Origin: an uncultured Bdellovibrionales bacterium | GTDB lineage: Bacteria > Bdellovibrionota_C > UBA2361 > CAKMMH01 | NCBI GenBank assembly: GCA_964534945.1 | Contig: CAZHSB010000001.1 | Span: 25,527 to 89,526 of the forward strand | Direction: 5' to 3' | Length of the DNA: 64,000 nt | Shown: piece by piece, positions 10,015 through 20,536 of the stretch | Layout of the letters: each line of letters opens with the position of its first letter | Numbering within the stretch: the first letter of the stretch is position 1 | The notes under the pieces: generated by a model | Database searches by the model: none | What the model saw: the letters and a program-made list of their open reading frames with translations, nothing else | Told to the model about the DNA's origin: nothing | Position numbers and translations under genes: made by a program

Positions 10015-10107
10015 CTTTTCCCTTTATAATAAAAAAAGAGGAAATGCCTTTCTTATCAAAAAAGCATTTCCTTTCTTTATCAAATAACAATCGTCGCTTA
10101 TAACTAT

Positions 10108-11043
10108 CTATTTTGCAGCAGCGGCTTTCGCACTTTGACGATCTGACCACCATAATGCTATAGGAGAAGCAATAAAAATAGTCGAAAAGCAACCTATAAC
10201 AAGACCTATAACCAAAAATAAACTTAAATCCTTGATTTCCCCACCACCAAATACAAGTAATGCCACTGCAGAAAATAATGTTAAAATACTCGTTATAATT
10301 GTTCTTGATAATGTTTCTGTAACCGCCTTGTTAATAACATCTTCTAAAACATATTTTTTAGCACTAACAAGATCTTCTCTAATTCTATCAAAAATTACTA
10401 TTGTATCGTTAACGGAATATCCTAAAAGTGTTAAGGCTGCTGCTAATGTCGTAACACTAATTGTTTGCCCAAACATCAAATATAGCCCTAATCCGATGGA
10501 AATATCATGAAACAACGCGACAACTGCTCCAAGAGCAAATGCAAACTCAAATCTAATTGAGATATATATTAAAATTCCTACTATACTAATTAATACAGCA
10601 ATCAATGCTTGTCTTCTAAGCTCTTCCCCAGCAGTAGGACCAACATAATCAACCTTTAATATCTCAAAAGCATTTTGATTCCCAACCAACTCAGGAATAT
10701 TTTCATTAAATGCCGCATTTATTTCTTTTTTTACTTCCTCTGGATTTTTTTCATCATTAGATAAACGAATTAAAAATTCATCAGCACCACTAAAAGATTG
10801 AACGACAGCATCTTTTATTCCAATTTTCTCTATTGCATTTCGGATATGTTGACTATCAACAGGAGTTTTAAAACTTACCACTATTTCATAACCTCCCTTA
10901 TAATCTATTCCATATTTATTAGGACCTTTTGCAAACCAAGTATAAAAAGACGCCACAAGTAAAAGTGTCGAAAAAATTGCTGCAGGCTTTGCAAGTGATA
11001 AAAAATTAATTGTTTTCTTAGGTACGAATATTTTTCTAAACAT
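10108..11043 (-). CDS. secF: Protein translocase subunit SecF
   Basis: 311 aa polytopic membrane protein immediately downstream of secD; canonical yajC-secD-secF order. Confidence 0.85.
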   Translation of the reverse strand: MFRKIFVPKKTINFLSLAKPAAIFSTLLLVASFYTWFAKGPNKYGIDYKGGYEIVVSFKTPVDSQHIRNAIEKIGIKDAVVQSFSGADEFLIRLSNDEKNPEEVKKEINAAFNENIPELVGNQNAFEILKVDYVGPTAGEELRRQALIAVLISIVGILIYISIRFEFAFALGAVVALFHDISIGLGLYLMFGQTISVTTLAAALTLLGYSVNDTIVIFDRIREDLVSAKKYVLEDVINKAVTETLSRTIITSILTLFSAVALLVFGGGEIKDLSLFLVIGLVIGCFSTIFIASPIALWWSDRQSAKAAAAK

Positions 11044-11067
11044 TTTTAAATTCCTTTTTATAAACTC

Positions 11068-12609
11068 TTAAATTGACAATGACTTTGTATCCTTATTTTT
11101 CAAATCAAAAACATCGAAAGCTAATCGACTTGCAAAAGTCGCACAATATAACGTTGTCAACACACCTATTGATAAAGTGACTGCAAAACCCCTTACAGGT
11201 CCTGTACCAAAGCAAAAAAGGACTATTCCTGTAAGAAGCGTTGTTAAATTAGAATCAATTATTGCTGAAAAGGCCTTGTCAAACCCTGCCTCCACAGCCA
11301 CATCTCTAGAGGAACCATTTATTAATTCCTCCCTCATTCTTTCAAAAATAATAACGTTAGAATCAACCGCCATACCGATTGTCAACGCTAACCCCGCAAG
11401 CCCTGGCAACGTCAACGTTGCGCCAAATGCGGAAAGCAACGCTAAAATAAGTAATAAATTTAAAGCTAAACTACAAACTGCAATAAATCCAGATTTTCTA
11501 TAATAAATAACCATAAAAAATATAACTGCGACAAAGCCAATTGCAATAGCGATGACTCCACTTACAATTGAATCTTTTCCTAAAGATGGACCCACCGTTC
11601 TTTCTTCTAGTATAACAAGTGGTGCTGGCAATGCGCCCGCTCTTAACACAAGAGCTAATTGCTTCGCCTCTGGAACCGTAAATCCTCCAGAAATACTCGC
11701 ATTTCCTCCAGATATTGCATCACGAATAACAGGAGCAGAATAAACAACATTGTCTAAGATGATGGCCAATTTTTTACCAACATTATCAGCAGTGATCCTA
11801 TAAAATGTCCTTGCGCCCTCAGATGTAAAAGACAAAGAAACCTCAGGCTGCCCCATAGATTGATCAAACGTAACTCTTGCATCACTAATAACATCACCTG
11901 TCATTAACGTTGTATCATCAACTCTATAAGAAGCACCATTCCTATCTTTTAAGACGACACTTCTTGAAGCAGAATCTTCATCAGCAACCAATCTAAAATC
12001 AAGTTTAGCAACAGAACCAATTATCTTCTTTACTCCCTCAACATCTGTGACTCCAGGCATTTGAAGAAGTATTTGACGTTCACCTTTCCTTTGAATAGTA
12101 GGTTCAGAAACTCCAAACTGATCTACTCTATTTCTTAATGTTTCTACAGCTTTTGAAACCGCACTACGCTCAATATCGGTAACATCTTTTATTTCATATA
12201 CTAAATCAACTTGATTACCAGAGCCTGCGTCCTCTTTTACAAAAGTAAGTTCTTTAAAATTTTCTTTTATCTTCTCTTGCGATAATGAAGAGGTTGCCTT
12301 GTTTAAAAGCGTAAAATAAACTCTATTTCCCTCTACTCTAGTTTTTATAACAGGAACCTTTTCCTTCCTAAGATCAGATTTGACAACATTTGCTGTGCTT
12401 TGTAAACGACTAGTCACTGCTTCTTTTACTTGAACTTCATAAACTAGATGCGCGCCTCCCCTTAAATCAAGCCCTAATGAAATTGGCTTTGAAATCCAAG
12501 TTCCCATATTCGGAATAATGGTCGGAAGCAAAAACAAGATTGCACCACCTAACACTACAAAAAACACAATTATTTTCTTCTTTAACTCTGTCATACAACA
12601 TTTCTCCAA
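11068..12609 (-). CDS. secD: Protein translocase subunit SecD
   Basis: 513 aa with N-terminal TM helix, large periplasmic domain and C-terminal six-TM bundle. Follows yajC. Confidence 0.85.
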   Translation of the reverse strand: MEKCCMTELKKKIIVFFVVLGGAILFLLPTIIPNMGTWISKPISLGLDLRGGAHLVYEVQVKEAVTSRLQSTANVVKSDLRKEKVPVIKTRVEGNRVYFTLLNKATSSLSQEKIKENFKELTFVKEDAGSGNQVDLVYEIKDVTDIERSAVSKAVETLRNRVDQFGVSEPTIQRKGERQILLQMPGVTDVEGVKKIIGSVAKLDFRLVADEDSASRSVVLKDRNGASYRVDDTTLMTGDVISDARVTFDQSMGQPEVSLSFTSEGARTFYRITADNVGKKLAIILDNVVYSAPVIRDAISGGNASISGGFTVPEAKQLALVLRAGALPAPLVILEERTVGPSLGKDSIVSGVIAIAIGFVAVIFFMVIYYRKSGFIAVCSLALNLLLILALLSAFGATLTLPGLAGLALTIGMAVDSNVIIFERMREELINGSSRDVAVEAGFDKAFSAIIDSNLTTLLTGIVLFCFGTGPVRGFAVTLSIGVLTTLYCATFASRLAFDVFDLKNKDTKSLSI

Positions 12610-12624
12610 ATAAAATCGATAACC

Positions 12625-13005
12625 TTAAATTTTTCCAATTACAACATTTTTTTCAAACTTTACCTTTACCCCCTGTGCAATTTCTATAAAAATAAATTGA
12701 TCTTCCACAGACTGCACTTTTCCACAAATTCCACAAGAAGTCCTTACATTATCTCCTTTTTTCAAAGCACCAATCATTTCTGCTTGCTTCTTATTTTTTT
12801 GCTCTTGTGGACGCGTTACAAAAAAATAGAATATCAAATAAATCATGATACAAAGTGGTAACATTTGAATCATAAGCGCTAAAAAAGTTGGCTGATTAGG
12901 CACTTGCCCCACTTGTGCTCCACCACCAGCATCTGCAAAAGATAACTGCACAAAAGGAAAACTTACACATAAAACATTTAACAATACTAAAACTATCTTT
13001 CTCAT
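12625..13005 (-). CDS. yajC: Preprotein translocase subunit YajC
   Basis: Small single-TM protein with YajC-like C-terminal domain, located between tgt and secD. Confidence 0.8.
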   Translation of the reverse strand: MRKIVLVLLNVLCVSFPFVQLSFADAGGGAQVGQVPNQPTFLALMIQMLPLCIMIYLIFYFFVTRPQEQKNKKQAEMIGALKKGDNVRTSCGICGKVQSVEDQFIFIEIAQGVKVKFEKNVVIGKI

Positions 13006-13104
13006 ATAATTCTCAAAAAACTATTAACTAAATTTCTAAAAATAAAACATTTTTTATTATACATAAATTAGTATTTTTTTAAAAGTGCGTATCTTTATTT
13101 AATA

Positions 13105-14217
13105 TCATTTTTTAGACTGATATTCTTTATAAAAATCAAAAAATGTTCCATTTGATATTGCTTGACGAATCTTCTTCATAAAATTTAAGTAAAAGGCAAG
13201 ATTGTGAGTGCTTAATAATATTGGTCCCAACATTTCTCCTACCTTGAATAAATGATGAAGATATGCCTTTGAGTAATTCCTGCATGCTATGCAATCACAA
13301 TTTTTATCAAGTGGTTCATCTAAAGTGCTATATTTAGAATTTTTTATATTAATAAATGGTTCGTCTCCAGAAACATATGCTCTCCCAAAACGTCCTGCAC
13401 GTGTGGGCATAACACAATCAAAAAGATCTACGCCATTAAAAACTGCTTCAACTATATCTTGTGGAGTTCCCACCCCCATTAAATATCTAATTTTATCTTT
13501 TGGAAGTTCTCTTGGGTGATAACTTAAGACTTCATACATTTTTTCTTTTTCTTCACCAACACTGAGTCCTCCAATAGCAAACCCATCAAAGGGAAGCACC
13601 GAAAGCTCCTCTATTGCACGATGTCTTAAATCTCTAAACATTCCTCCTTGAGTGATAGCAAAAAGTGCCGTTTCTCCTCTCTTTTTAGCATTTAAAGATC
13701 GTTTTTCCCATTCTAAAGTTAAAGATAAAGAACTTTCAACCGCTTTATAATCTAAACGACCATCAGGACATTCATCAAAAGCCATCGCAATATCCACTCC
13801 TAAATCTTCTTGAATTTCTATTGATTTTTCTGGTGATAAAAAATGCTTCGATCCATCAATATACGAGCGAAACTCGACTCCCTCTTTCGATATTTTTCTG
13901 ATGCCCTTTAAACTAAAAACTTGGAATCCGCCACTATCACTTAAGATCGGTCCATTCCATGCGCAAAACTTATGAATTCCCCCGAAATCCTTTATAAGTT
14001 TTGATGTTGGACGAAGCATTAAATGGTATGTATTTACAAGGGTAATTTCTGTCCCTATTTCTTTTAACCTTTCATGGTCAATTCCCTTTACACTTGCCCT
14101 TGTTCCAACAGGCATAAAATTAGGTGTATCAAATTCGCCATGAATTGTTGAAAAGCTTCCAAGCCTTGCTTCCCCATCTTGGCCCCTTAACGTGTATTTA
14201 TGTATTTTTTCTGACAT
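13105..14217 (-). CDS. tgt: Queuine tRNA-ribosyltransferase
   Basis: 370 aa with zinc site CxCxxC...H (CDCIACRNYSKAYLHH) and Tgt-like N-terminus. queA-tgt synteny. Confidence 0.9.
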   Translation of the reverse strand: MSEKIHKYTLRGQDGEARLGSFSTIHGEFDTPNFMPVGTRASVKGIDHERLKEIGTEITLVNTYHLMLRPTSKLIKDFGGIHKFCAWNGPILSDSGGFQVFSLKGIRKISKEGVEFRSYIDGSKHFLSPEKSIEIQEDLGVDIAMAFDECPDGRLDYKAVESSLSLTLEWEKRSLNAKKRGETALFAITQGGMFRDLRHRAIEELSVLPFDGFAIGGLSVGEEKEKMYEVLSYHPRELPKDKIRYLMGVGTPQDIVEAVFNGVDLFDCVMPTRAGRFGRAYVSGDEPFINIKNSKYSTLDEPLDKNCDCIACRNYSKAYLHHLFKVGEMLGPILLSTHNLAFYLNFMKKIRQAISNGTFFDFYKEYQSKK

Positions 14218-14250
14218 ATTATTTTTACTTTATTTCTTTATTTCATTTCT

Positions 14251-15306
14251 CTAAAAAATTATCATCCCATCTCCATAACTTAAAAATCTAAAATCATTAT
14301 TTAATGCAAAATCATAAGATTTTTTAAGTAAAGATCTCCCCATAAAAGCCTGCACAAGTAATATATGGCTTGTCGCAGGTTGATGAAAATTTGTAACCAT
14401 TGTATCAATATACTTAAACTCAAAACCTGGGCTTATAAAAAGAGAAGTACTAAAAAATTCACCATCTTTTCCATTTTTATTTAAAGCCATTGACTCTAAA
14501 GCTCTAACAACAGTTGTCCCAACACCTATAACTTTTCCCCCACTTTCTTTAGTGTCTGCAATTTTTTTTATAATATCATTTGAATATATATAAAATTCTT
14601 CGCCAGGAAGCGCACTTATATTCATGTTATCATCTTCCTTGCTCTCCTCTTTCCAAAGTGGCAAAAAACTTGGTGTCCCAACATGAAGAGTTATAAATTC
14701 CCTCTTAACTCCCTTTTTATCAATCTTTTCTAAAAGCTCTTTTGTAAAATGAAGACTTGCTGTCGGCGCAGCGATTGAACCCAAAATTTTAGCAAAATTT
14801 GTTTGATAATCTATCCTATCTTTCTCATCTGATATCCCCTTTCTTATATAAGGAGGGATCGGCATAATTCCATTTTCAAAAATTGTCCCTTCATCTTCTT
14901 CCAAAAAAGCAAGCAAAAACTTTGTATCACTTAAAAAATCTTCTATTTTTAATTTTAAATTTTTATTTATTGTAACAATTGTCCCTTTCTTAAATTTTTT
15001 AAACGGTTTTCCAATTGCCTCCCATAGATTTTGAGAAATTTTCTTTATCAATAAAATTTCTACTCTTGCCCCCGTTTCAATCTCACCTAAGAACCTCGCA
15101 GGAATAACTTTTGTATTATTAAAAATCAATAGATCTTTTGAAGACACAAAATCTTCAAAATTAGAAAAAACGCTCTCTACAACTTTACCATCTTTCCTGT
15201 CACAAACTAGTAATTTTGCGCTATCATAAGGATATACTGGGCGTTGCGCTATTTTTTCTCGAGGCAAATCATAATCAAATATTTCTGACTTTTTTATATT
15301 TGGCAT
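14251..15306 (-). CDS. queA: S-adenosylmethionine:tRNA ribosyltransferase-isomerase
   Basis: 351 aa. QueA-like N-terminus (FDYDLP...IAQ.P) with full-length similarity. Immediately upstream of tgt. Confidence 0.85.
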   Translation of the reverse strand: MPNIKKSEIFDYDLPREKIAQRPVYPYDSAKLLVCDRKDGKVVESVFSNFEDFVSSKDLLIFNNTKVIPARFLGEIETGARVEILLIKKISQNLWEAIGKPFKKFKKGTIVTINKNLKLKIEDFLSDTKFLLAFLEEDEGTIFENGIMPIPPYIRKGISDEKDRIDYQTNFAKILGSIAAPTASLHFTKELLEKIDKKGVKREFITLHVGTPSFLPLWKEESKEDDNMNISALPGEEFYIYSNDIIKKIADTKESGGKVIGVGTTVVRALESMALNKNGKDGEFFSTSLFISPGFEFKYIDTMVTNFHQPATSHILLVQAFMGRSLLKKSYDFALNNDFRFLSYGDGMIIF

Positions 15307-15339
15307 TTCTTATTTCTCTTGTTTTCTTTATTTAATATT

Positions 15340-15879
15340 TTATTGGTTCTCAATTTCTTTTAAAAAAATTTTTAAGTCTCTCCAAAAAATTTTTTTGACT
15401 CCCATATTTTTTTTAACATCATCAATCGAAAAAGTTGGCATAATAATTATCTTATTTTCAACGTTCATTTTAGATAACTTTAGAATATCCTTAAATATTC
15501 CTTCCAAAAAAAACCTAGCTTTTTCTCCTAAGCACAAAATACTTTTGTAATTTTTAATGTCTTCATCAAAACTATCATTTAATTTTACACAAAAAACTTC
15601 GTTTTCTTTAAGATTCATTCCTAATTCTAATATATTTTTCCAAAGTATGTCATTTTTAGAAAAACTATTATCATCATCTGTTCCCAAAATAAGGAAAGAT
15701 GCATTTTGATTTCCCCATTTTTCGCAAATTAAATTTTTACTATTTTTTTTGTCCGCATTTTCTGTAAAAGAAGTTTCCTCCTTTTCATTTTTTAATATTT
15801 CTATAGGAATCGGAGAATATAAATCTTCAACGGCTTCTAAACTATTTAATATATCTTGTACATCAATATTGTTCTTCAT
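15340..15879 (-). CDS. Hypothetical protein, possibly a catalytically degenerate uracil-DNA glycosylase-fold (UDG family 4-like) protein
   Basis: Overall spacing resembles family-4 UDG. The positions of the GEAPG and HPSPLN motifs are replaced by LGTDDDN and MPTFS. Low-confidence fold call. Confidence 0.35.
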   Translation of the reverse strand: MKNNIDVQDILNSLEAVEDLYSPIPIEILKNEKEETSFTENADKKNSKNLICEKWGNQNASFLILGTDDDNSFSKNDILWKNILELGMNLKENEVFCVKLNDSFDEDIKNYKSILCLGEKARFFLEGIFKDILKLSKMNVENKIIIMPTFSIDDVKKNMGVKKIFWRDLKIFLKEIENQ

Positions 15880-15885
15880 CTCTCT

Positions 15886-16527
15886 TTAATTAAAATATTG
15901 GTTATCTAATTTTTCTGACAAAATTGTAGTATTTTCCCCATGCCCAGGATAAACGATAGTGTCATCAGGCAATACAAAGAGTTTTTCTCTTATACTTTTT
16001 AATATTGCCTCGTGATCTCCGCCAAAAAGGTCTGTTCTCCCAATAGTCCCCGCAAAAAGTGTATCGCCTGAAATAAGAATCTTATTATTTTCATTATAAA
16101 ACGAACAACCTCCAAGAGAATGCCCAGGAGTAAAAAAAGTTATGAACTTTTCTTCACCAACTGCTAAGACTAAATTATCCTCTAAAAAAACTTCTGGTTC
16201 TGGGCAATTTTGACAAGACTTATCAGTTATGCAAAACATTTCCATAATGTTCACAACCTCTTCTCTCATATTTTTTTCCAAACTATGAGCATATAATTTA
16301 ATATTTGGAAAAATCTTTTTCAATGTAGCAACTCCACCACAATGATCAAAATGAGAATGTGTAAGCCAAATACTTTTAGGAATTAATTTTTGATTTTTAA
16401 TAAATTCGGCTATTTCTTTCCCACTTCCCCCTGGGTCAACAATAGTAGCCTCCGATGTCTTTTCACACCACAAGACTCTGCAATGCTGAGAAATGGGCGT
16501 TACATTTATTGTTTTGATATTTATCAT
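15886..16527 (-). CDS. MBL-fold metallo-hydrolase (hydroxyacylglutathione hydrolase-like)
   Basis: THSHFDHCGG metal-binding motif, with downstream His and Asp ligands. Confidence 0.75.
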   Translation of the reverse strand: MINIKTINVTPISQHCRVLWCEKTSEATIVDPGGSGKEIAEFIKNQKLIPKSIWLTHSHFDHCGGVATLKKIFPNIKLYAHSLEKNMREEVVNIMEMFCITDKSCQNCPEPEVFLEDNLVLAVGEEKFITFFTPGHSLGGCSFYNENNKILISGDTLFAGTIGRTDLFGGDHEAILKSIREKLFVLPDDTIVYPGHGENTTILSEKLDNQYFN

Positions 16528-16673
16528 AAAAAATCTTTTAAGCTATTTTTTTATTAGTACTTGTTCTAGAAAATAAAATTTATTTCAAAAAGCCATTATT
16601 AAAATAACCTAGATTCAATATTTTTTCTATAATGTATAGCATAATTTCTTTTTTCATATAAAATAAAAACATT

Positions 16674-17024
16674 ATGGCTGTGTCTTTAAAAAACGAACAA
16701 AAATTATCACAAACTCAAACAAATCAAGGGAGTGTCAATCCTTTAAATAAAAATTTTACACAAAAGGGGAAAAAGGTTTCAACAGAAATAAAAAAAACCA
16801 CTCAAGCAAAAGGCGATCAGTATATTTATGACGATTCATTAGACCTAATGCAAGAAGAAGTAAAAATAAAATTCAATGACTTTATAAAAAAAATCATTGA
16901 GTTTTTAGCAAAACTTATTTCTGATATTCTTCAAACCTTAACCTTTGGTTTGGCAAGACGATATCAAAATAAAAAAAAAGAAAAAGAAATCATAAAAAAA
17001 ACTAAAGTATTACAAAAAAAATAA
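16674..17024 (+). CDS. Hypothetical Lys-rich small protein
   Basis: 116 aa, highly basic, no recognisable domain. Confidence 0.35.
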   Translation: MAVSLKNEQKLSQTQTNQGSVNPLNKNFTQKGKKVSTEIKKTTQAKGDQYIYDDSLDLMQEEVKIKFNDFIKKIIEFLAKLISDILQTLTFGLARRYQNKKKEKEIIKKTKVLQKK

Positions 17025-17040
17025 TCTACTTTAAACAACG

Positions 17041-17442
17041 TTAATCTATAAAATTAACTTGAACTTCTATGTCATTATTTAATGCTTTTTTTACTGGACA
17101 ATGCTTTGCGGTTTCTCTTAAAATATGGAGTTCTTTCTCCCCTAATGAATTAGGAAGTTTTATATTTAAAATAAATTTTATAATTGTATGCGTAGTCTCA
17201 TCTAATTCTTTTATCGCTTCAACTTTTGTTCCATCAATTGAAAAATTATGATTTTGAGAAATAAAATCCATCATACTAACAGTACAAACTGCCAAAGAAG
17301 CTGTTAAAAGATCTGTAGGAGAAATTCCTCCCTCGTCATTTCTAGCATCAGTAATAAAAGATATTTTTGATTCCGCTGAAGACACATTACAACGAAAATC
17401 ACCAAGATATTCCACATTTATTTTAGCCACATTAACTCCCAT
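17041..17442 (-). CDS. OsmC/Ohr family peroxiredoxin-like protein
   Basis: 133 aa. Conserved Cys pair (LAVCTV ... HCPV) at OsmC-like spacing. Confidence 0.7.
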   Translation of the reverse strand: MGVNVAKINVEYLGDFRCNVSSAESKISFITDARNDEGGISPTDLLTASLAVCTVSMMDFISQNHNFSIDGTKVEAIKELDETTHTIIKFILNIKLPNSLGEKELHILRETAKHCPVKKALNNDIEVQVNFID

Positions 17443-17449
17443 ATTTTAT

Positions 17450-18664
17450 CTAAAAGTTCTCACAAAGCCAACTTCCAAGCTTTTTTAATATCTTCATTGG
17501 ACCATATGCTCTATTTGGTTCTTGCAAAGAATAAGAAGCACTTAAATTGGCAAGCTTCAACAAGCCACTTATTGTCGCATATTGAGGATCTTTTATCAAA
17601 TCTGCCAATCCACTCGTCTCAATTACCTCTGCCACACGAGTAGGACATTTAAAAACATCCTCAGCAAAAACTTCTATCCCTCTTAAATTTGCCGTACCAC
17701 CACAAAGTACAACGCTTGAAATTTGAAAATCACATGATTTTTTAACTAGCTCACAAGCCAGCTTAAATATTTCTTTTACTCTAGCTTCAATTATATCAGA
17801 AACAAGCATCGTCGAAACTTCCTCTTGGCCTTTACCTCCTATTACAGGAACACTAATCGTCTTATTAGAAAAAACACCCGCATTTGGGGAATATGATTTT
17901 TTAATTGCCTCTGATACTACAATTGGTGTTTTTAATCCTGTAGCCAAGTCAGAAGTAATATTATTTCCTCCTAAAGGAATTACACTTACAAACTGTGTTG
18001 CACCATTTTTATAAACTGCAATATCAGTCGTTCCTGCACCAATATCCAAAAGCAATACTCCTAATTCCTTTTCATCTTCCCTTAAAACAGAGCTAGCAGA
18101 CGCTATAGCAGAAACCATTAAATTTCCGACTTCAAATCCATTTTGATTAATACATTTTACAATATTTCGATCACTTGAATAACTTGCCGTTAAAACATAC
18201 ACCCTAGCCTCTAATCTCACACCAGAAATTCCCACAGGATCACGAATTCCGTCAACGCCATCTACAATATATTCTTGAGGAAGTGTATGTAAAAGCTCAC
18301 GCCCCGAATCAAGTTTAACCGCCAAACAAGCAGAAATTACATTTTTAATATCTTCTTTATCTATTTCACTTCCACGAATAGGGAAAATACCATCACTAGA
18401 AAAGCCCTCTATATGATTTCCAGAAACTGAAGCATAAACTTTCTGAACTTTTATCCCTGCCATGTCCTCTGCATCAGAAACCGCCTGTGCAATTGACCTA
18501 AGAGTATCATTTATATTGATTACCACACCTTTTTTTACGCCTTTTGACGCACAACTACCAACTCCTATAATACGAATTTCTTGATCATCTTGTGGAATTC
18601 CAATTGCCACTTTTATTTCAGATGACCCGATATCCATAGCTGTTAATATTTTTTCCTTTGCCAT
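17450..18664 (-). CDS. ftsA: Cell division protein FtsA
   Basis: 404 aa actin-like ATPase. FtsA-like N-terminus (DIGSSEIKVAIG) and DIGAGTTDIAV phosphate-binding motif. Confidence 0.9.
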   Translation of the reverse strand: MAKEKILTAMDIGSSEIKVAIGIPQDDQEIRIIGVGSCASKGVKKGVVININDTLRSIAQAVSDAEDMAGIKVQKVYASVSGNHIEGFSSDGIFPIRGSEIDKEDIKNVISACLAVKLDSGRELLHTLPQEYIVDGVDGIRDPVGISGVRLEARVYVLTASYSSDRNIVKCINQNGFEVGNLMVSAIASASSVLREDEKELGVLLLDIGAGTTDIAVYKNGATQFVSVIPLGGNNITSDLATGLKTPIVVSEAIKKSYSPNAGVFSNKTISVPVIGGKGQEEVSTMLVSDIIEARVKEIFKLACELVKKSCDFQISSVVLCGGTANLRGIEVFAEDVFKCPTRVAEVIETSGLADLIKDPQYATISGLLKLANLSASYSLQEPNRAYGPMKILKKLGSWLCENF

Positions 18665-18793
18665 ACATTCTCCCTAAACAACTTGGTAGCAAATTTCAAC
18701 CGCTTTATATAATAAACATCTAACGACTTTTTCGCAATCCTTTTTAGTCTAGAGTCTTAGTAATAATTTAAGAAATATAAACAATAGAAAACT

Positions 18794-19546
18794 TTATTTT
18801 GTTAATACTCCGACCTTGCCGAACCCCAAATCAATTTGAGAAAGAGTATTTATATTACTTCCCAATTTTATCTCAATTGCCTTTAATCTACGTATTTGAG
18901 TTTCTAAAAATTTCTCACTTTTTGAAATGTCCATGATAATTTTCGGTTTTAATTCAGCAAAAGACAACTCCACATCTCCAGAGGGCAAATAATTAATTGA
19001 ATACACTGTATATTTAAAACTCTTTCGAAGCTGTTTTATAAACTTTGTTATATGTAGTAACCTTGAAGCCATGGTTTGTGCACTATCTAAATTAACATCC
19101 AAACCAGTAATTGTCGGCAATATATTAAAAAAATCTCTGTTATTTTTTAATATATCCACTTTGCTTAAAATCGATAAAATTTTCCCATCATTAGATATAA
19201 GTTCAAAATTATTATCTTTTAATTTTGATAAAAAATAAGGCTCTTCTTCGACAATATCAATATTAATTTTATCAAAATTTTTAACGGATTTTGGATAAAT
19301 TTTTACATCTTTTACATAAGGTAATAACCGTATGTTCTCTTCAATTTCTTTTTTCTTTATATACCAGTAAAAAACATCTGTCTTTTTTTCAAATTTTTCA
19401 AAAATTTCATCATTAGACGTTAGCTTATTTCCATTTAAAAACAAGGAAACCGAAATATAATTTTTAAAATATACATAACCAAAAATTAAAACATTTACTA
19501 AAATAATAAAAAAAACAAAAAATAAAATCTTCCCCTTTTTTCTCAT
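18794..19546 (-). CDS. ftsQ: Cell division protein FtsQ (POTRA domain)
   Basis: 250 aa, single N-terminal TM helix, positioned between murB and ftsA. Confidence 0.65.
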   Translation of the reverse strand: MRKKGKILFFVFFIILVNVLIFGYVYFKNYISVSLFLNGNKLTSNDEIFEKFEKKTDVFYWYIKKKEIEENIRLLPYVKDVKIYPKSVKNFDKINIDIVEEEPYFLSKLKDNNFELISNDGKILSILSKVDILKNNRDFFNILPTITGLDVNLDSAQTMASRLLHITKFIKQLRKSFKYTVYSINYLPSGDVELSFAELKPKIIMDISKSEKFLETQIRRLKAIEIKLGSNINTLSQIDLGFGKVGVLTK

Positions 19547-19561
19547 AATCTTTAAACCTTT

Positions 19562-20470
19562 TTACATAATAACAATTTCTGGTTCTAAAATTTCTTTAAA
19601 ATTTTCATAAACTTTTTCTTTCGCTATTTCCATCAGCTCCTTTACGTCACTTGCTGTGGCTTTAAGATCAGGATTAATAATCCAATTTGCATGAAGCGTC
19701 GAAATCATCGCTCCTCCTCTAGAAATTCCTTTAAGCCCACTTTTATCAATTAGCATTCCCGCAGAATGTTCTATGGAGGGATTCTTAAATATACAACCTG
19801 CAGAAGGAACTTTTGGCTGCGTTTTTAATCTAAAATCTTTATTTTCTTTTATTTTTAATTCTATTTTTTCTCTATCAGATTTTAGTAACTTTACTTTAGC
19901 TCCCATAATAACTGAATTTTTTGGAATCGATATTTTCTTTATCATTATCTCAAGATCATCTTTATTAATAACTTCAATTTCACCATTTTCTTTGCAAACT
20001 CTAATATTTTCTAAAACATCTGATATTTTTTGCCCCTTAAAACTTGCATTCATGTATAATGCACCGCCAAACTGCGCAGGAAGGTTGCATGCAAACTCAA
20101 ATCCCGATAAAGAATTTTTTGAAAAAAGTGTTGATAGCGATGGCATTAGATAAGAAGCTCCTATTTGAAATGTTGTATCATTTAAAGCATTAATTGTTGA
20201 AAAATTTTCACCTAATTTAATGACCACATCTTCAATCATATCATCTTTAAAAAGAACATTTGATCCATTTCCTAAAATCATATATGAAACATTATTTTTA
20301 TGAAATTCTTTTAATACTGAAGATAATTTTTTTTCGTCTTCTATATAAATTAAATTTCTTAACTCTCCACCAATTTTAAATGTACTTAAATCTCTTCCAG
20401 ATTTATTATTTATTTTTTTTATGTGTAAATCTTCTAATATTCGATCAATGTTTATCATTATATTTCCCAA
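19562..20470 (-). CDS. murB: UDP-N-acetylenolpyruvoylglucosamine reductase MurB
   Basis: 302 aa. FAD-binding N-terminal region (GGELRNLIYI...ILGNGSNVLF) and MurB C-terminal domain. dcw context. Confidence 0.85.
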   Translation of the reverse strand: MGNIMINIDRILEDLHIKKINNKSGRDLSTFKIGGELRNLIYIEDEKKLSSVLKEFHKNNVSYMILGNGSNVLFKDDMIEDVVIKLGENFSTINALNDTTFQIGASYLMPSLSTLFSKNSLSGFEFACNLPAQFGGALYMNASFKGQKISDVLENIRVCKENGEIEVINKDDLEIMIKKISIPKNSVIMGAKVKLLKSDREKIELKIKENKDFRLKTQPKVPSAGCIFKNPSIEHSAGMLIDKSGLKGISRGGAMISTLHANWIINPDLKATASDVKELMEIAKEKVYENFKEILEPEIVIM

Positions 20471-20536
20471 ATTTTTAAAATATAACCTTCTTAGATTATT
20501 GCATTATATAATAATTTTTGCCATAATTTTTGGATA

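Noticed and set aside
11177-11743. Two antisense ORFs (108 and 63 aa) inside secD
   Set aside because: Shadow ORFs within a conserved gene. Their composition is typical of reverse-strand translation.
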